A DNA stretch of 63,016 nt, the filler included, from Choristocarpus tenellus KU-1152 (taxonomy: Eukaryota > Protista > Phaeophyceae): assembly GCA_964200185.2 (NCBI GenBank). It is 9 parts of 9 records of this genome, joined end to end, with 100 filler letters (N's around TTAATTAATTAA, not from the genome) between each part and the next. Parts side by side here need not be neighbours in the genome. Positions count along the whole stretch, not along the records: positions 40,978 to 55,600 come from CAXNAD020001148.1; positions 55,701 to 59,835 come from CAXNAD020016042.1; positions 59,936 to 63,016 come from CAXNAD020022457.1; 6 more parts are not named here. One strand, 5' to 3'. The notes under the pieces are model-generated. The model was not told the DNA's origin. It was given only the letters and a program-made list of their open reading frames with translations, and did no database searches. Positions 50,707 to 63,016 of the stretch are shown in pieces (the stretch's first letter is position 1; every line of letters starts with the position of its first letter). A program made the position numbers and the translations under genes.

Positions 50707-53700
50707 TCAGCCAAAAATCACCCCATACGCCTCTCCTGGCATATCTTGTGTTGCACTTATCCTAGAAGTGGAAGAAGTGGAAACAACCATCGGCAATGGA
50801 CGAGGAGGTCCCATTGGTGTCTTTGGCGTCTTTAGTGGATCCAGAGAAGTATCGTGGGCATAGGCCTCAGCAATTGTAGGGTTCAAAGGAGTCACACGAA
50901 GAGAAGTAAGCCTGGGTTGTTGAAGTGTCACAGGCCTTGTAGAAGTTGAATCTATCTGTGCGTCTGTCAGAGGGGGGTGGGAAGCAATGCATGAGAAAGA
51001 GTTGGATGAGGCAGTTACAAGCGAGTCTGACTGCGAAGGACCATACCTAATGACAAATACGCACACAACCCCCTTCACCTGATCAGAGGGATGGTTCGAC
51101 ACTTCACCTATTATATTTTTCATCAAAATCCGTCAGCAGAGAGATCTCGCGAAAAGCAAAAGGGCTTTCAGAAGCATTAGCGTCGTGAGTCAAGAGCTTT
51201 CACCCAAGGAAGTATACGGTTGATGGGCTTGAACAGAATTAGTTTGTAATCGAATTGTACAGGAAGCGGCCAATGCCACAAGGGCTACACGAGACGATCA
51301 CTCGCGTACACCCAGGATGTGTACCAATTTGGAGTACAAAATTACAAACCTAAACCTAGGAAGATTCGTGCCTGCATAACACCACATAGCATTTGGGCAC
51401 ACTTTATATACACAGGAAAGAAGTGTCCGGGATACACAACATAAAAGAGAAATTGGTCACGAGATCTTCCTTGGTCAAAGTGCAATCAACCCTAAGCACT
51501 GCCCTGGAAAACAGAGGATACAGGGATAGCGGGCTTGACGACAGAAGACTTACAATGGTCTGAACAGTCGATCTAGTCCTGAACTTTCAAAACTCGATAA
51601 ATGGCCAACAAACATATTATCAACTACTATTCACTCTCTAGCCTGGGGAATATCCCGACCCATGATCAGAGGCACTAGCCACACACCGAACTACTTCTTA
51701 CACTGCCTCCTGTATCTGTCACACGTTTGAGCAAGCAATCACACTCCCTTCATTCACGCCTTGCAATTCTCACAAGTTGGATTCAGTCATCCCACAGGCC
51801 ATCGCTCCACCTCTCAAAAATCCCTGAGGGATGTACTCGCCTGTCCCGAGTGTGGCACAGGGTGCAAGGAAAGGCAAGTACCCCCAAGCGAAGCCTCCAT
51901 AGAAAAGAGAAGAGATCATGCAACTCATAGTCATGCTATGTAGGGCACAGCTACAATGCTACCCACTAGCTACCTAGTCACATCAATTCTCTTCGGGGTT
52001 CACTATTATGACTCAACCACGACCAATCCTGCAGGTGGCGTTACATAGTTGAACAGTGTAAACATGGAGTCATAGCGTGAAAACGATACACAGGAAAAGT
52101 ACATACAAACTGCATTAGTGATTCACCTCGCCTCTAATCAACAAGTTGAAGATGTAAAGCGTTAAATTATAAGAAATGACACGTAAGCCTTTCCGTTGAA
52201 CCAGACTTGTCCTGGATCCACCAAAGTACTTTCTGAACTCACCAATCTCAAATGGTTTCAGACTCTGTCTTATGGAGATACAGCTTGATATCGCTCGAAC
52301 CATCAATATTCCTGCCACCAAAGCCAACAAAACAACACCAGCCACCACTACGGCGAACATCACATTTGATGATTCCGATGAGTCATCCTCATACACCGCA
52401 CTTTCTGAAAGAGACATGAAGGTGGGAATTGTGTTTATTGGGGGTTTCAGGGGTTGAACATGTTGCACTTGGTTTAACTACGGGGGTCTAAAATACAAGA
52501 AGTGCGTGCCAGCTAATTGCAAAATAGATACACAAAATAGATCATGGGTACTCCATGCACCTGTGTGATTATGCCTTCACACACAACACCAGATTGGATA
52601 CTACTCACTCTAGCCTACATCAGCTTCATCTTCACACTCTCAACATATGTGTGACAAATTCCAATGACCAACAATGGTAGCAGACAATGATCATGCGACA
52701 CATGCTGACAGGAAGAAACTTTCACATCTCGCCCACCAAACTCAGTAAGAGCGACCTGGTATGACATAATCGCTTAGTAGCTCAGAACAGAAACACCAGC
52801 TCACCAATGTAGGTGATCACTGGCCTTTCATCCAAATTCTCATAGTCACAGTCTTCGCAATTGTGGAAGATCCAAGAAGAGGAGGTTGAGATATCTATTG
52901 GGCTACCAGAACAGTCGCTCACCTGTTGTGAAAGGATCGCATCAGCGCCATTGAAGGCCAGGGATAATGAGAGATGCGTATGGGTTGCAGCGTATAAATC
53001 GATTCAGGGTGGGCCAGGAGACTCAGGAAGCAACGGAGAATGAAATAACAAATTAAACTACAAAATAAACAAATGTATAATGACGAAATGATTTGGTGCC
53101 AAGTGTTCTCAGGTACACTAGCTGACCAGCTATCCCAACCCTGGGCACGTAAGATACTCTGCCATGTGCGAACAGAAATATATACTTGTAGAGAGGTACT
53201 ACACTTCAATATTGAACACATGGTAGAACCCCACAACTTACAAAATACTCTGGAAATCGGTCATCAGTTTCCTCGAACATCCAACGCCCTGTGGAGCAAG
53301 ACAGTGATGACAGCCCTGTCAAGTTGAAAGGTAGCGAGAAGACACGGAGTATGGGAGATTTAGAGCATGAAAAAGGATTCACACGTGAAGGGGGTGCAGT
53401 ACAGGCACTTCGACAAACGTACCACGTACGGTACGCAGAGATCGTCGGGAACCGGTTTTGAAGTACAATCGGTAGACCTCGTCGACACGCTCGAAGGAGG
53501 TCTTATCACCATAGACATAGTCCTTCTCCACATATGTCCCGCCAAATATGGAGTGCTCAACTTGTAATGTTGTAAGTGCACCTGCATTGACAGAGATGAA
53601 TAGTTGATGCATCAGAGATTGAAAAGAAAAACGGTACAGCAAATACAGACCTAAGGTAGGCCTTAACACGGATGGAATATGCCTGTGGCTAGAGGTCATC

Positions 53701-54049
53701 AACGAATGTGAATGGTCGCTCATTTGACGATATTGTGACAAATCGGCGTCAACCTCAACGAGAAGTTGGTAAGCCCAAATGGTAACGGAAACGACATGGT
53801 CAGTTGGAACATCCTTCTATTGACATTTTGAGAGCAGGAGGTGAGGGAGTGCGTCAAATATTGAAGAATGAAGAAATCAATAATATGATCTCTGATTTCT
53901 ACCGGGAGTGGTACTGCGCGCCTACACCCATCACCTGCGTATTCTTGCGATATGGAGCACAAGAGGAAGAAGGCGACTTTTACCAAGACGGTGCGCACGT
54001 TCCTACTCCAACCACCAGACCTCATGTGTGTATATTGCGGACACTCCAT
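50707..54049 (-). CDS. Single-pass type-I membrane protein of unknown function; exons 54049-53935, 53581-53423, 53315-53242, 52922-52805, 52404-52243, 51840-51774, 51046-50707
   Basis: All six introns are GT-AG with compatible phases; hydrophobic leader VLVKVAFFLLCSISQEYA, Cys/Trp ectodomain, TM FAVVVAGVVLLALVAGILMV, S/T/P-rich tail. Confidence 0.78.
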
Positions 54050-55700
54050 GTCCCCTATTGAGGTGTGTGGAAACCCTTCTCGATAACCAACAGGTGATAC
54101 TCCCTCACTTCCATCCTCAAGGTTGGCCAAATTTCCATTAGTGATGATATGATATATTCAATTGTTCCCTTTTTTTTTGTAGACATCATCTCTGACTGGT
54201 GGGTTCATCAATCTCATTCAAATAATATGATATACACATTATTATTATGAACGTATTTTGGAGATGTGGTGAGGGCGGGGATAAAACAAAAAAAAAGTGA
54301 TAGAGTATTAGATGATTCTCCTTCTTACCACCAAAAAAGTATTCAAGGAAAGTAACGGAATGGTCGAATCTTGTATTTTGAAATCTGTGAGGTTTAAGCG
54401 AATTATATCGGACCAATTTTTATGTGAGCTTGTTACTCCCCCGTTTTCATCATAAACCTAAAGTAGTACCGAGAAAATATGTATTGGGGGTAGAGAATAT
54501 GAAGTAGAAAAAGAAAATAATTATTATATATGTAAAATGATATATGATTCTTTTATCTATATTAACGTACATACCCAGCCAGTATCACACCATCTGATTA
54601 TATAACACTACAATAACTCACCTTTTTTTCTAAATAGTTTCTATTCGTTTTTCCTCCTCACACATCTCAAAATGTCAAAGTGGATAATAATAAAAATAAG
54701 TCAACATAGTTTCCAATTTTTAACGAAGTGTTTTGTAGTATAGTTGATATTCAACTAGTGCAGTCGTACCAGTCCCCCATCACAATGCCCTCAAGGGTAA
54801 GGGCTTCGTATTTTTTTCTCGATATTTCTTTTTCTTTTTCTTTTTTGAAGAAAGAGCGCTCATATTGGGGTTTGAACCCTGGATTGTAGGTCACCAAGAG
54901 TCGCAATAGATGCACTATTACTTGATTAAAGTATAGAGTTTAGACGGGAAAAAAGCCTCCCCACTCTTTCTTCCTGTGTGTTCGCGCACCCACTCTTTGA
55001 CCTCAGGATGTCCTCGTGGAGGCCCAAAACGAAACGCTTCTTGTAGTATCCTTGCTCCGACACCTTGATGTGGCCCTTAGTTAGGGAGTCCCATTAATTA
55101 ACAGACCATCGCATACCCTGCTGCCATCTCAAGCGCGGTTTGATGGTCTTTCCAGTCATTCATACACAGGTACAGGGTTCGCAGTGTTGGAGTCTTTACC
55201 ATCACATTTCCTTGTTGAGCGCTGGAAATGGCCATCGTCCGTGTTTCCTGGGCGGGTGATATTTTATCAAGGCGCAAGGGCAAGGGAGGACAGGCTTGAC
55301 TTGATCGAAAATTGTGTTGATTTCTCAAATGAATGGAGGCTGGGAGAAAGCCTTCATCAGCTTTATACGTCCAACCCTAAGTCCAGAAACAAAAGTGAAT
55401 GTAATTAATCTTGCAAGAAGTTGGAGACACCAAGTTTGGTACAGGCGATATGTCTTGATGGCGGTTTCATAAACACCATTATGACCTTAAAGTCCTAGAT
55501 TTTATATATTTGTAGTTCTTGACTATTTATTTATTATTTGGTCATTATGGTCCCCGGTTGTGATAAGACATTGTAGACCAGTTCCTTTTTATACGATGAT
55601 NNNNNNNNNNNNNNNNNNNNNNNNNNNNNNNNNNNNNNNNNNNNTTAATTAATTAANNNNNNNNNNNNNNNNNNNNNNNNNNNNNNNNNNNNNNNNNNNN

Positions 55701-56022
55701 GTAATGCTATTTGTTAGTAGTGAAGATAAGAAGGTGTGAAGCCTCACACGACCCCCTTTGCTGAACGTGATTACATGGTTGAAATTAGAAGAGTGACCTT
55801 TGTATGGTGTCTTCTCATTGCTTGTTTATTATTTGTTTGTGCTTCCTACCTAAGTCAACGGTTGTGTCAAAGTAGTTGAATGCGGAATAAATACCAATAC
55901 ATAATCCCATTCATAAACCGGATGTACTATCTCATCAGTTACATCACATGGACTCAATTCAACATAATAATATCATAAAAACACAAAATAAGGCACACCT
56001 CACTATTGTCCTATTTTGCACA
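55701..56022 (-). repeat. LTR-like repeat family 2 copy
   Basis: Reverse complement of 57731-58042; ends TTTTGCACA. Confidence 0.85.
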
Positions 56023-57730
56023 GCAACCATTTCCTTAAGCCTTATAAACAGAATCACACGCACTCAGATGAACGTGTTGCAACATTGATATTGAATACTC
56101 CTGTATCTCACTTGCAACAAACATGGTGGGCTAGTCCCAACCTTCTATGGTCAGATTGGAGTTCTACAGGGAACACTGTGTGTGGGTAAAAGGTGTGGGT
56201 TCTGCCAAGGGGGAAAAATGAAGGCAAACTCTGCAAGGAGGTAGCCACTATGCTCCAGTGGCCCTGGGAAGAAGGGAACAGCGCAGGGAGGGTCTGTGCC
56301 GAGGAGAAAAGAGAGAAAGATCTACCACAAGTGCTCAAAGAGCACCAGGATAAAAGGCACAAGGAGCTATGTGGTCTGTGCTTGGAGGAAAAGAGTAGGA
56401 GGAAACTTCAGGTAGCTACTTGTGACAGCGCTCGGAGTGCAGGAGGAAAGGCGTGGGGGAGGCTGTGCCTGGGTAGAAGGGATAGGGTGCGCCAGGAAGG
56501 AATGTGCCTGACTATGCAAAATTTGATAATGGAGCTAAGCAAACAAAGTATGTCCCTGTGGAGTTTGTCCATAACTTCGGCCTTAAAGGTGGCTCACAGG
56601 GATCTCAAAATTTGTGATGACGGCATCACAGGCCAAGGCTCTGCAAGACAGGATAGAAGCAAATCACATTCTGGACCTACCAAGCCTCGATAGTGCTAAT
56701 CAATGGTTGGCGTACAGGTACGGAGTAGAAGGGAAAAGGGGGGGACTGACAGTAGTTACAAATATGCGCTACTTCAATCTAGCAATAGCTACTATTGATC
56801 TTAATGATATATTTAATCAGAACTAGAGGAAGGGTGGAATAATATTTTGTCACGACGCATGAGAGCAAAGACAGTGTGGTGATGTGTAATGACAAGACCA
56901 AAGATCAGGTAGGTATAGACGTGGACTGAGCTGGTGCAAGATGTATAGATTATTAGGTTGTGTGGTTTACATAAACACATGCGTAAGAATGAGAGCTGGT
57001 AGTGATATTGTGTGATTGAGGTACAAGTTGGAAACAATTAACGGCAATGAGCTGGAGTCGATTAGAGCAGGCCTAATGTACATGTGGGGTGTTGGGTGGG
57101 GTTTAGTGTTCTTTGTATTTTAGGAAGAGTTAGTGATGCAAACAGAATGCAAGGACGAAAGCTGGTCTGGCAGGGTCGGATGGACCTTCTATGCTTACAC
57201 TTGGAATTACACGGTATGCACATACGTAGCAGGAGTGGAAAATGGTTTTACTAATTTTGGGATATGGTGAGGGCCACTTCACAGAATTTAGTTTATCTTG
57301 AACATGAGTTTATTTAGATAAGAGGACTTCCAACAATACAGAGAAAGAGGGGGGCATAACATGAGAGGGCATTCTGCTTCTTACACTGATTCAAGTTTCA
57401 GAGTTCTTCCCCTAGTTTCTCACTGCTTGCATTCAAATTAGGAAGTCTATCAGGTTGCACCAGTGAATAGATAGACCTTATTGATATGGCAGAAATCAAA
57501 GCAGAGGTCATTTTTGCGGGTTGGAATTGTCAGAGGATGAAAAATTTAATTCCTCCAAGAGGTGTATAAGTTGAAGGTCAGGATGCAGAAATAGTACCAA
57601 TGATGTACTTAGGGACATCAGGCGGAACGTCTCAAACGAACATGCATTGTGTAGGAAAATATAACACGCGAACAGAGAAGTACATGTGCTTTGGTTGACC
57701 AAGCTCCTGGAGGGCACATGCGGTGTACAT

Positions 57731-58042
57731 TGTGCAAAATAGGACAATAGTGAGGTGTACCTTATTTTGTGTTTTGATGATATTATTATGTTGAATTGAG
57801 TNNNNNNNNNNGATAGTATATCCGGATTATGTATGGGATTATGTATTGGTATTTATTCCGCATTCAACTACTTTGACATAACCGTTGACTTAGATAGGAA
57901 GCACAAATAAATAATAAACAAGCAATGAGAAGACACCACACAAAGGTCACTCTTCTAATTTCAACCATGTAATCATGTTCAGCAAAGGGGGTCATGTGAG
58001 GCTTCACACCTTCTTATCTTCACTACTAACAAGTAGCATTAC
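57731..58042 (+). repeat. LTR-like repeat family 2 copy (contains a 10-N gap)
   Basis: Starts TGTGCAAAATAGGA; matches 6329-6594 and 55701-56022. Confidence 0.85.
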
Positions 58043-59935
58043 CTCCCAAGGTAATTTGCACATACATCACGTCTAATATGGAGCGTCAGGGTAGAAAACC
58101 ATCTGTTCCTGATAGGATACACATATTCCAATTGCAAATAATCTCCCAGTTATCATGCAACTACCACGAGAAGGACTCATGCCACCAATGAGATGCCCTC
58201 GTAATGTAACCACAACCCGCCTGGTCCATACTGTGAAGCACTTTGGTGTCTGCATCCTCCCAGTGAAACAGTGGTATGTGACAGTCACCAGACTTTCTGC
58301 CCTGGTAGAATAGTGGTATCTCAATGATTGATCACGGCCTCTTGCGCATCATCCGGTCGACAATACCTTCAGCATGAGGGGTCGTAATGCTTCCGAAGAA
58401 GCTTCTACCAAACGGGCTGTGTGTATGAAGATTTTCGGATGGCATTGCCTGCAAGGTCATACAACACCTCCCTCGAGACACTGAAAATGGAGTCCCAACA
58501 TAATATGCGTAAATAGGATCTGCTTAGCGGATCAGCTGGCACTTTGGTGCAATCCCATAGTATGAGAAATCTCTGTACTTTAATGCACTCTTACTCATAC
58601 CCAGAAGGAACCTATCACCATCACTGTGCGGGCTTCCTACCATTAACCGTAGGATTCACAAAATGTGTCGCCAGGGCTAGCACTGATGCAGATGAAATGT
58701 CCGGGCATGTCATGATCTATGGCCACATGGACCCCCCTTAACGGTCTGGTCGCTCGTGCAATGGGTTCCTCCTCGACCAAATCTGGTTAGTTTGCCGCAG
58801 GTGTACCAAGAATATCATCACATCCCTTTCTGCCAATCCTCTGACATTTGCCTGTTGACCCAACAAAACCGTCCTGTCTCTTGTAGTTGATACTGGATCG
58901 CATGAATAACTCCACCCCTCCAAGAGGTACTAAAGTGGAAACTTCCTCAAATATTCCACCACACCTTATGATATATGCAACAGAAGCAATAAGGCACAAT
59001 AGGATAGTACTGGTGAGACAACAGTACGAACCTGTGATACGCTTTATCTATAATTCAATACCACTATTAATGGTGGATTGCCAAAATATGATTGGACAGC
59101 TACTCCAAACAGTCTCTGCAACTTCACTTGGTGGTGTTTACGTTTGTTGCAGCACCTATTTCCAATTCTCCGTATATCTTGACCTTGATCTTCTAAACTT
59201 TCTCCAGGCTCATACTTTTTTCAATCTCCTCCACGTCATCCCCAAAGAACTCCCCTCACTCCCACACATTACTATCCTCTGCCTCTTGTTCACCTTCAAC
59301 ATTTTTCATTTTCCCCCTCATCTTGACTCATGCTTGAACCAAGATTCGCCCAAGAGTCAGCATCAAGATCTATCTTGACGCCCTTTAAATGTCATACAAT
59401 TCTTGGTCCTACATTTTCTCCCAAGTCGGTCTCCTTATTTTCACAAATCTTCTTATGCTACTGAGTACAACCTGAAGGAGGGTTGGTGTGGGTGATTTGA
59501 TACCAAACCTACAAGCCAAACCAATTAAGAGGTAGACAGGTTTGGACCCTTTTGCATTCTAAAATCATATTTTTAATCCTGTGTAATGCAGTCCATTTCA
59601 TTGCTTTATGTTCACAATAGTGTATGCTAATTTGTTATTCCCCTTTCCACACACAAAGTGATATCACGAATAACAAAAAGTGCTATCTGGAATTCTACAA
59701 GTGTGCTAGTTTTTGTCCTCTCTGGATTTGAAACAGTGCTGGTGTCTACCCTCAATTAGTTTGCTCTATCACAATGGATAACGACTCCGGGTAGTTCGGG
59801 ATCAAAGTATCTTGGGGGGGGGGGTGGTTTGTGAGNNNNNNNNNNNNNNNNNNNNNNNNNNNNNNNNNNNNNNNNNNNNTTAATTAATTAANNNNNNNNN
59901 NNNNNNNNNNNNNNNNNNNNNNNNNNNNNNNNNNN

Positions 59936-60168
59936 CCCCCCAGATACTTTGAACCAATGTTGCGATTCTAATGTAATTTCGGCTATCATGTTAATGAATA
60001 AGTGTCAGTATCCTTGTTCCGGACACACCTTTTCATAACATACACATTTTACCTACTCTAAACGTTTTGGAGTAGGAAAAAATGTCATAAAAAAAAAGAA
60101 GCACAGGAGGCCAAACCTCGAACCGACAAACAGGGTCAAAGGCCGTACCCTTTAAGATACTTTCACTC
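59936..60168 (+). mobile_element. End of MITE B (to 59955) nested in a MITE A copy (59956-60168)
   Basis: CCCCCCAGATACTTTGAACC is followed directly by AATGTTGCGATT (A interior) and ends AAGATACTTTCACTC-aat. Confidence 0.85.
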
Positions 60169-61987
60169 AATTCCTACGGATGAAGCGCTAAGCTTGACTC
60201 GAGAGTGTTGACTTCTCTATTGTTTGAAAGACTTACGACATAATTCAGAAAATGTCCTTCCTGGAAAAAGAAAAACCATTTGAAAAAAAAAAAAGTCGAA
60301 CTTTGTACATATTTTTGTCAATATCCTTGAGACGCACGCAATCTCTGGGGACCTCTGGCTCGCTTCGACTCACAGCCCCCACAAAACGGCAATCTGTGTG
60401 TTCTGCATGGATAGGTCAAAGAGATTAACGCCTTTCTTGTTTTTCTCTCAAATGCCCACCTAGTGAGAGATTGACCGTGTACACATCGTAGACCTTTGGC
60501 TAGGTAATGAGCCCCTTATTACTACGAGCATCTCCATTTCATTCAAGTCAGATGTTTAATTTTTTTTTCTGCTCAGGGTCCGTCTTCTACACATCTTGAT
60601 GTTTGGAAAAGGTTGAGAGGATGGAGGTGAGGCGAAAGAGGAAGATTGGAGAATGTTGAGGGGTACAAGGATGATGTGCAAGGCGGACAAGGAGATGGAG
60701 AGCATGGATCCTCGAGGCCCTTGTGAAGGGTAGATGTCCCTTGATGCTACACACGGTGGTGCAAGTAGACGTGCAGTTCATTTGCATTTCATGCCACAAC
60801 ATTAGCAGAGATGTTCGAGCCGTCACTGGAGATCTCTTAGCCACCCTCAGGGTTGTGTGTCGGTATCCTCGTCTTGGCAGGCACAATCGTCAGCTGCGCT
60901 TGGAAGGGTATACCGGAAAAAAGTGATTATCTTACTGTAACTGCCATAAAGGCATCTTACTGTAACTGCCATAAAGGCGTTACGGCACCAAAAAGTGGTA
61001 AGGTTTGTGCTGACAGAAACGAGCCTGTCCCCTCCAAATGTAGTTAGTGGTCAAGGTGTTAACCCTCCAGGACAGAGATAGACAAATAGACAGCAGGCTG
61101 AGGGAAGGCTGCTCGTCCAACTTCAGTTGCCCACTTCTACCCATCTGCAACCTTTAGAGGAACATGGCAACTTGCCACTGGGAGGGGTATGTAATACTTG
61201 TTGTTCTATAGCAGCTCATGTCGAGAGCTGCCCTCAAGGGTGACTATATACCCTGTTCTTGTGGTTATGTTTGGTGAGGGGGGAGGTGGGACATAGCAAT
61301 AATCGTGCGTGGTGCACTAGATAGAGAATGCATGTATTTGGTCGTTGTGTATTATATGTAATAGCACAGGTAAGCATGGAACTGACAGTAGATATTGGTT
61401 CCTTGTGAGCAATGATCTGAATGTCATGTGTACTATGTAATACAATATCTGTAGGCTAGTAGTCACCATTCGGAAGGGATAAATCCCTGGAAGATCCACA
61501 ATGTATGAACATTGGAGCACAATTTCTAAAAAAAACAGTCGTGCTGAAATATTTTAATCATGTCCCTTAATGTTGAAGCTCATACTATGGGTATGAATGA
61601 GACAACAATGATGCAATCAATGCCTTTAAGGTATAGAAAGTTGTCTTGTCAACACTTGGGACTGTGCTCTATGCACCACTATAACACAGTGCAAGATAGA
61701 GGTGGAGTCCAACACACCACGTAGAGACATGCATGATGGTAACATACATACAACATACAAACAATATACATACAACATACATACAACATACAGGGCATGT
61801 GTGAGCCTATACTTCAAAGTTGCTCTGATAACTTTTGTCGTTTGCAAACATCAGGGGCAAAGTACAGCTCACTGCGGGGATAGAATTGGCAACACAAGGT
61901 AAGTCTTGTAGTCTCGAATCTGCCTGCTATCTATCTAACCCTGTCCAGTTGGTCCCTAATCTGGTAAGAAAATATCCTCACAGCAAA

Positions 61988-62199
61988 GGCTCAAAGATTC
62001 TGGGGAGGGGGAGGGGTGGTGACTTTCCATTCGGGGCCCATTTTCCATGTCGCGATTTTTGTGTGATTTGGTTTCATGTGTCGGATTGATAATGTAAGTG
62101 CACTTCTCTTGGTCAGGGTCAGAATGGACAACCTGGTGTAGACCCCCCCCGGCGCCGCCCCACCAAAAACCCGCCCCGCCCCCCCAGGTACTTTGAGCA
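61988..62199 (-). mobile_element. Complete MITE family B copy
   Basis: aaa-GGCTCAAAGATTCTGGGG...CCCCCAGGTACTTTGAGC(A)-aaa; interior matches 20393-20828. Confidence 0.85.
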
Positions 62200-63016
62200 A
62201 AAATATAGTAATTCATCGCTACGGTTTTGGACTGAAGCTACACATGGGTATCTATTGGCACCCTTTGTCATATCTTCACTTTGCTCTGATGTGTGAATGT
62301 ACCTAGTTTGATTTTGTCTTCCGTGGGCTTTGCTCGACTTCAATTTTTTTTTTTTCCCTTTCAATGATAACAAGTGCAGCACTTCATTGAGTCAAAGTTA
62401 TCGAGCGGTACCCAGTTCTTGGTCGTTTTGCATTATAATCCAGTTTTTTTTTAAATCTTTTGCAACTCACCCGTACACTCCTCCTGTAGATGAAAAGTGC
62501 TAACTAACATTGACTTGAGAGAGTATATTTCTCTTATCATTTGAAACGTTTCTGTACAGTTTAGGAAAGTATCCTACAGACATTATTTGTAAAAAGAGAT
62601 GAATCTTCCACACATTTTCCGATACCCTTAAAATGCTGGGTACCTCTCGTAACACTTCGGCTCGTTCCACTATCCAGAGGACCAATCCCTCCTCTAATGC
62701 TGTAGTCGTACCCAATCCAACATGACTAGTATCTCCATTGCTTGGAGAGTGTTGCTCTGGATGTGAGGCACGGGAGGGAGAGTTTGAGTCTAGCTATTGA
62801 AGCAAGGGTGGCATGCAGTGCTGCAATACATACCCGTACCCGGTCAAACGCACACACATAAACTTAGAAGTGGTTGTTTTGCGATACATGACCGTACAGC
62901 AGTGATTTTAACCTTGCGAGATCATGTACTGTACCTTTTTTATTTACGTATCAATACGTATATTTGGGGTACAATTCTTGTACTTTACAGACCCAAAGTA
63001 TCTGGGAGGGGAAGGG

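Noticed and set aside
53804-54061. Plus-strand ORF as a 2OG-oxygenase or viral gene
   Set aside because: No convincing motif; the opposite strand gives a phase-consistent spliced gene.
54855-54930. tRNA gene (minus-strand GGTTCAAACC B-box)
   Set aside because: No cloverleaf or clear A box; at most a decayed SINE.
55098-55200. Ankyrin-like TALEMAAGY
   Set aside because: Single short match, no second repeat or exon support.
58073-59050. KDZ/CxC transposase or DIRS remnant
   Set aside because: Only a faint VLYDLAG resemblance among many stops; cannot be supported without a profile search.

Overview
Eukaryotic genomic DNA: nine unrelated contigs joined by artificial 100-bp linkers (N44-TTAATTAATTAA-N44). 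GT-AG introns, a plastid-type acyl carrier protein with an ASAFAP-like 'VAF' motif and interstitial (TTAGGG)n suggest a photosynthetic stramenopile, probably a brown alga (inference). Most of the window is decayed transposons: a nested Ty1/copia cluster (1-9.2 kb), a chromodomain-bearing Ty3/gypsy integrase, a plant-type (DD39D-like) mariner, a Harbinger/PHIS transposase, three related MITE families with 3-bp TSDs, CRE-like and other LINE fragments. Host genes reconstructed by hand: part of an ABCB/MDR transporter, an ACP divergent from a MaoC/HTD2-like dehydratase, a 7-exon type-I membrane protein, and a spliced RelA/SpoT-like nucleotidyltransferase followed by a TPR-like segment. The most interesting signals are that RelA/SpoT-like gene and a copia LTR carrying a class II tRNA-like Pol III A/B-box module together with a half-tRNA-Met primer site. 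All calls are by eye; no searches were run.
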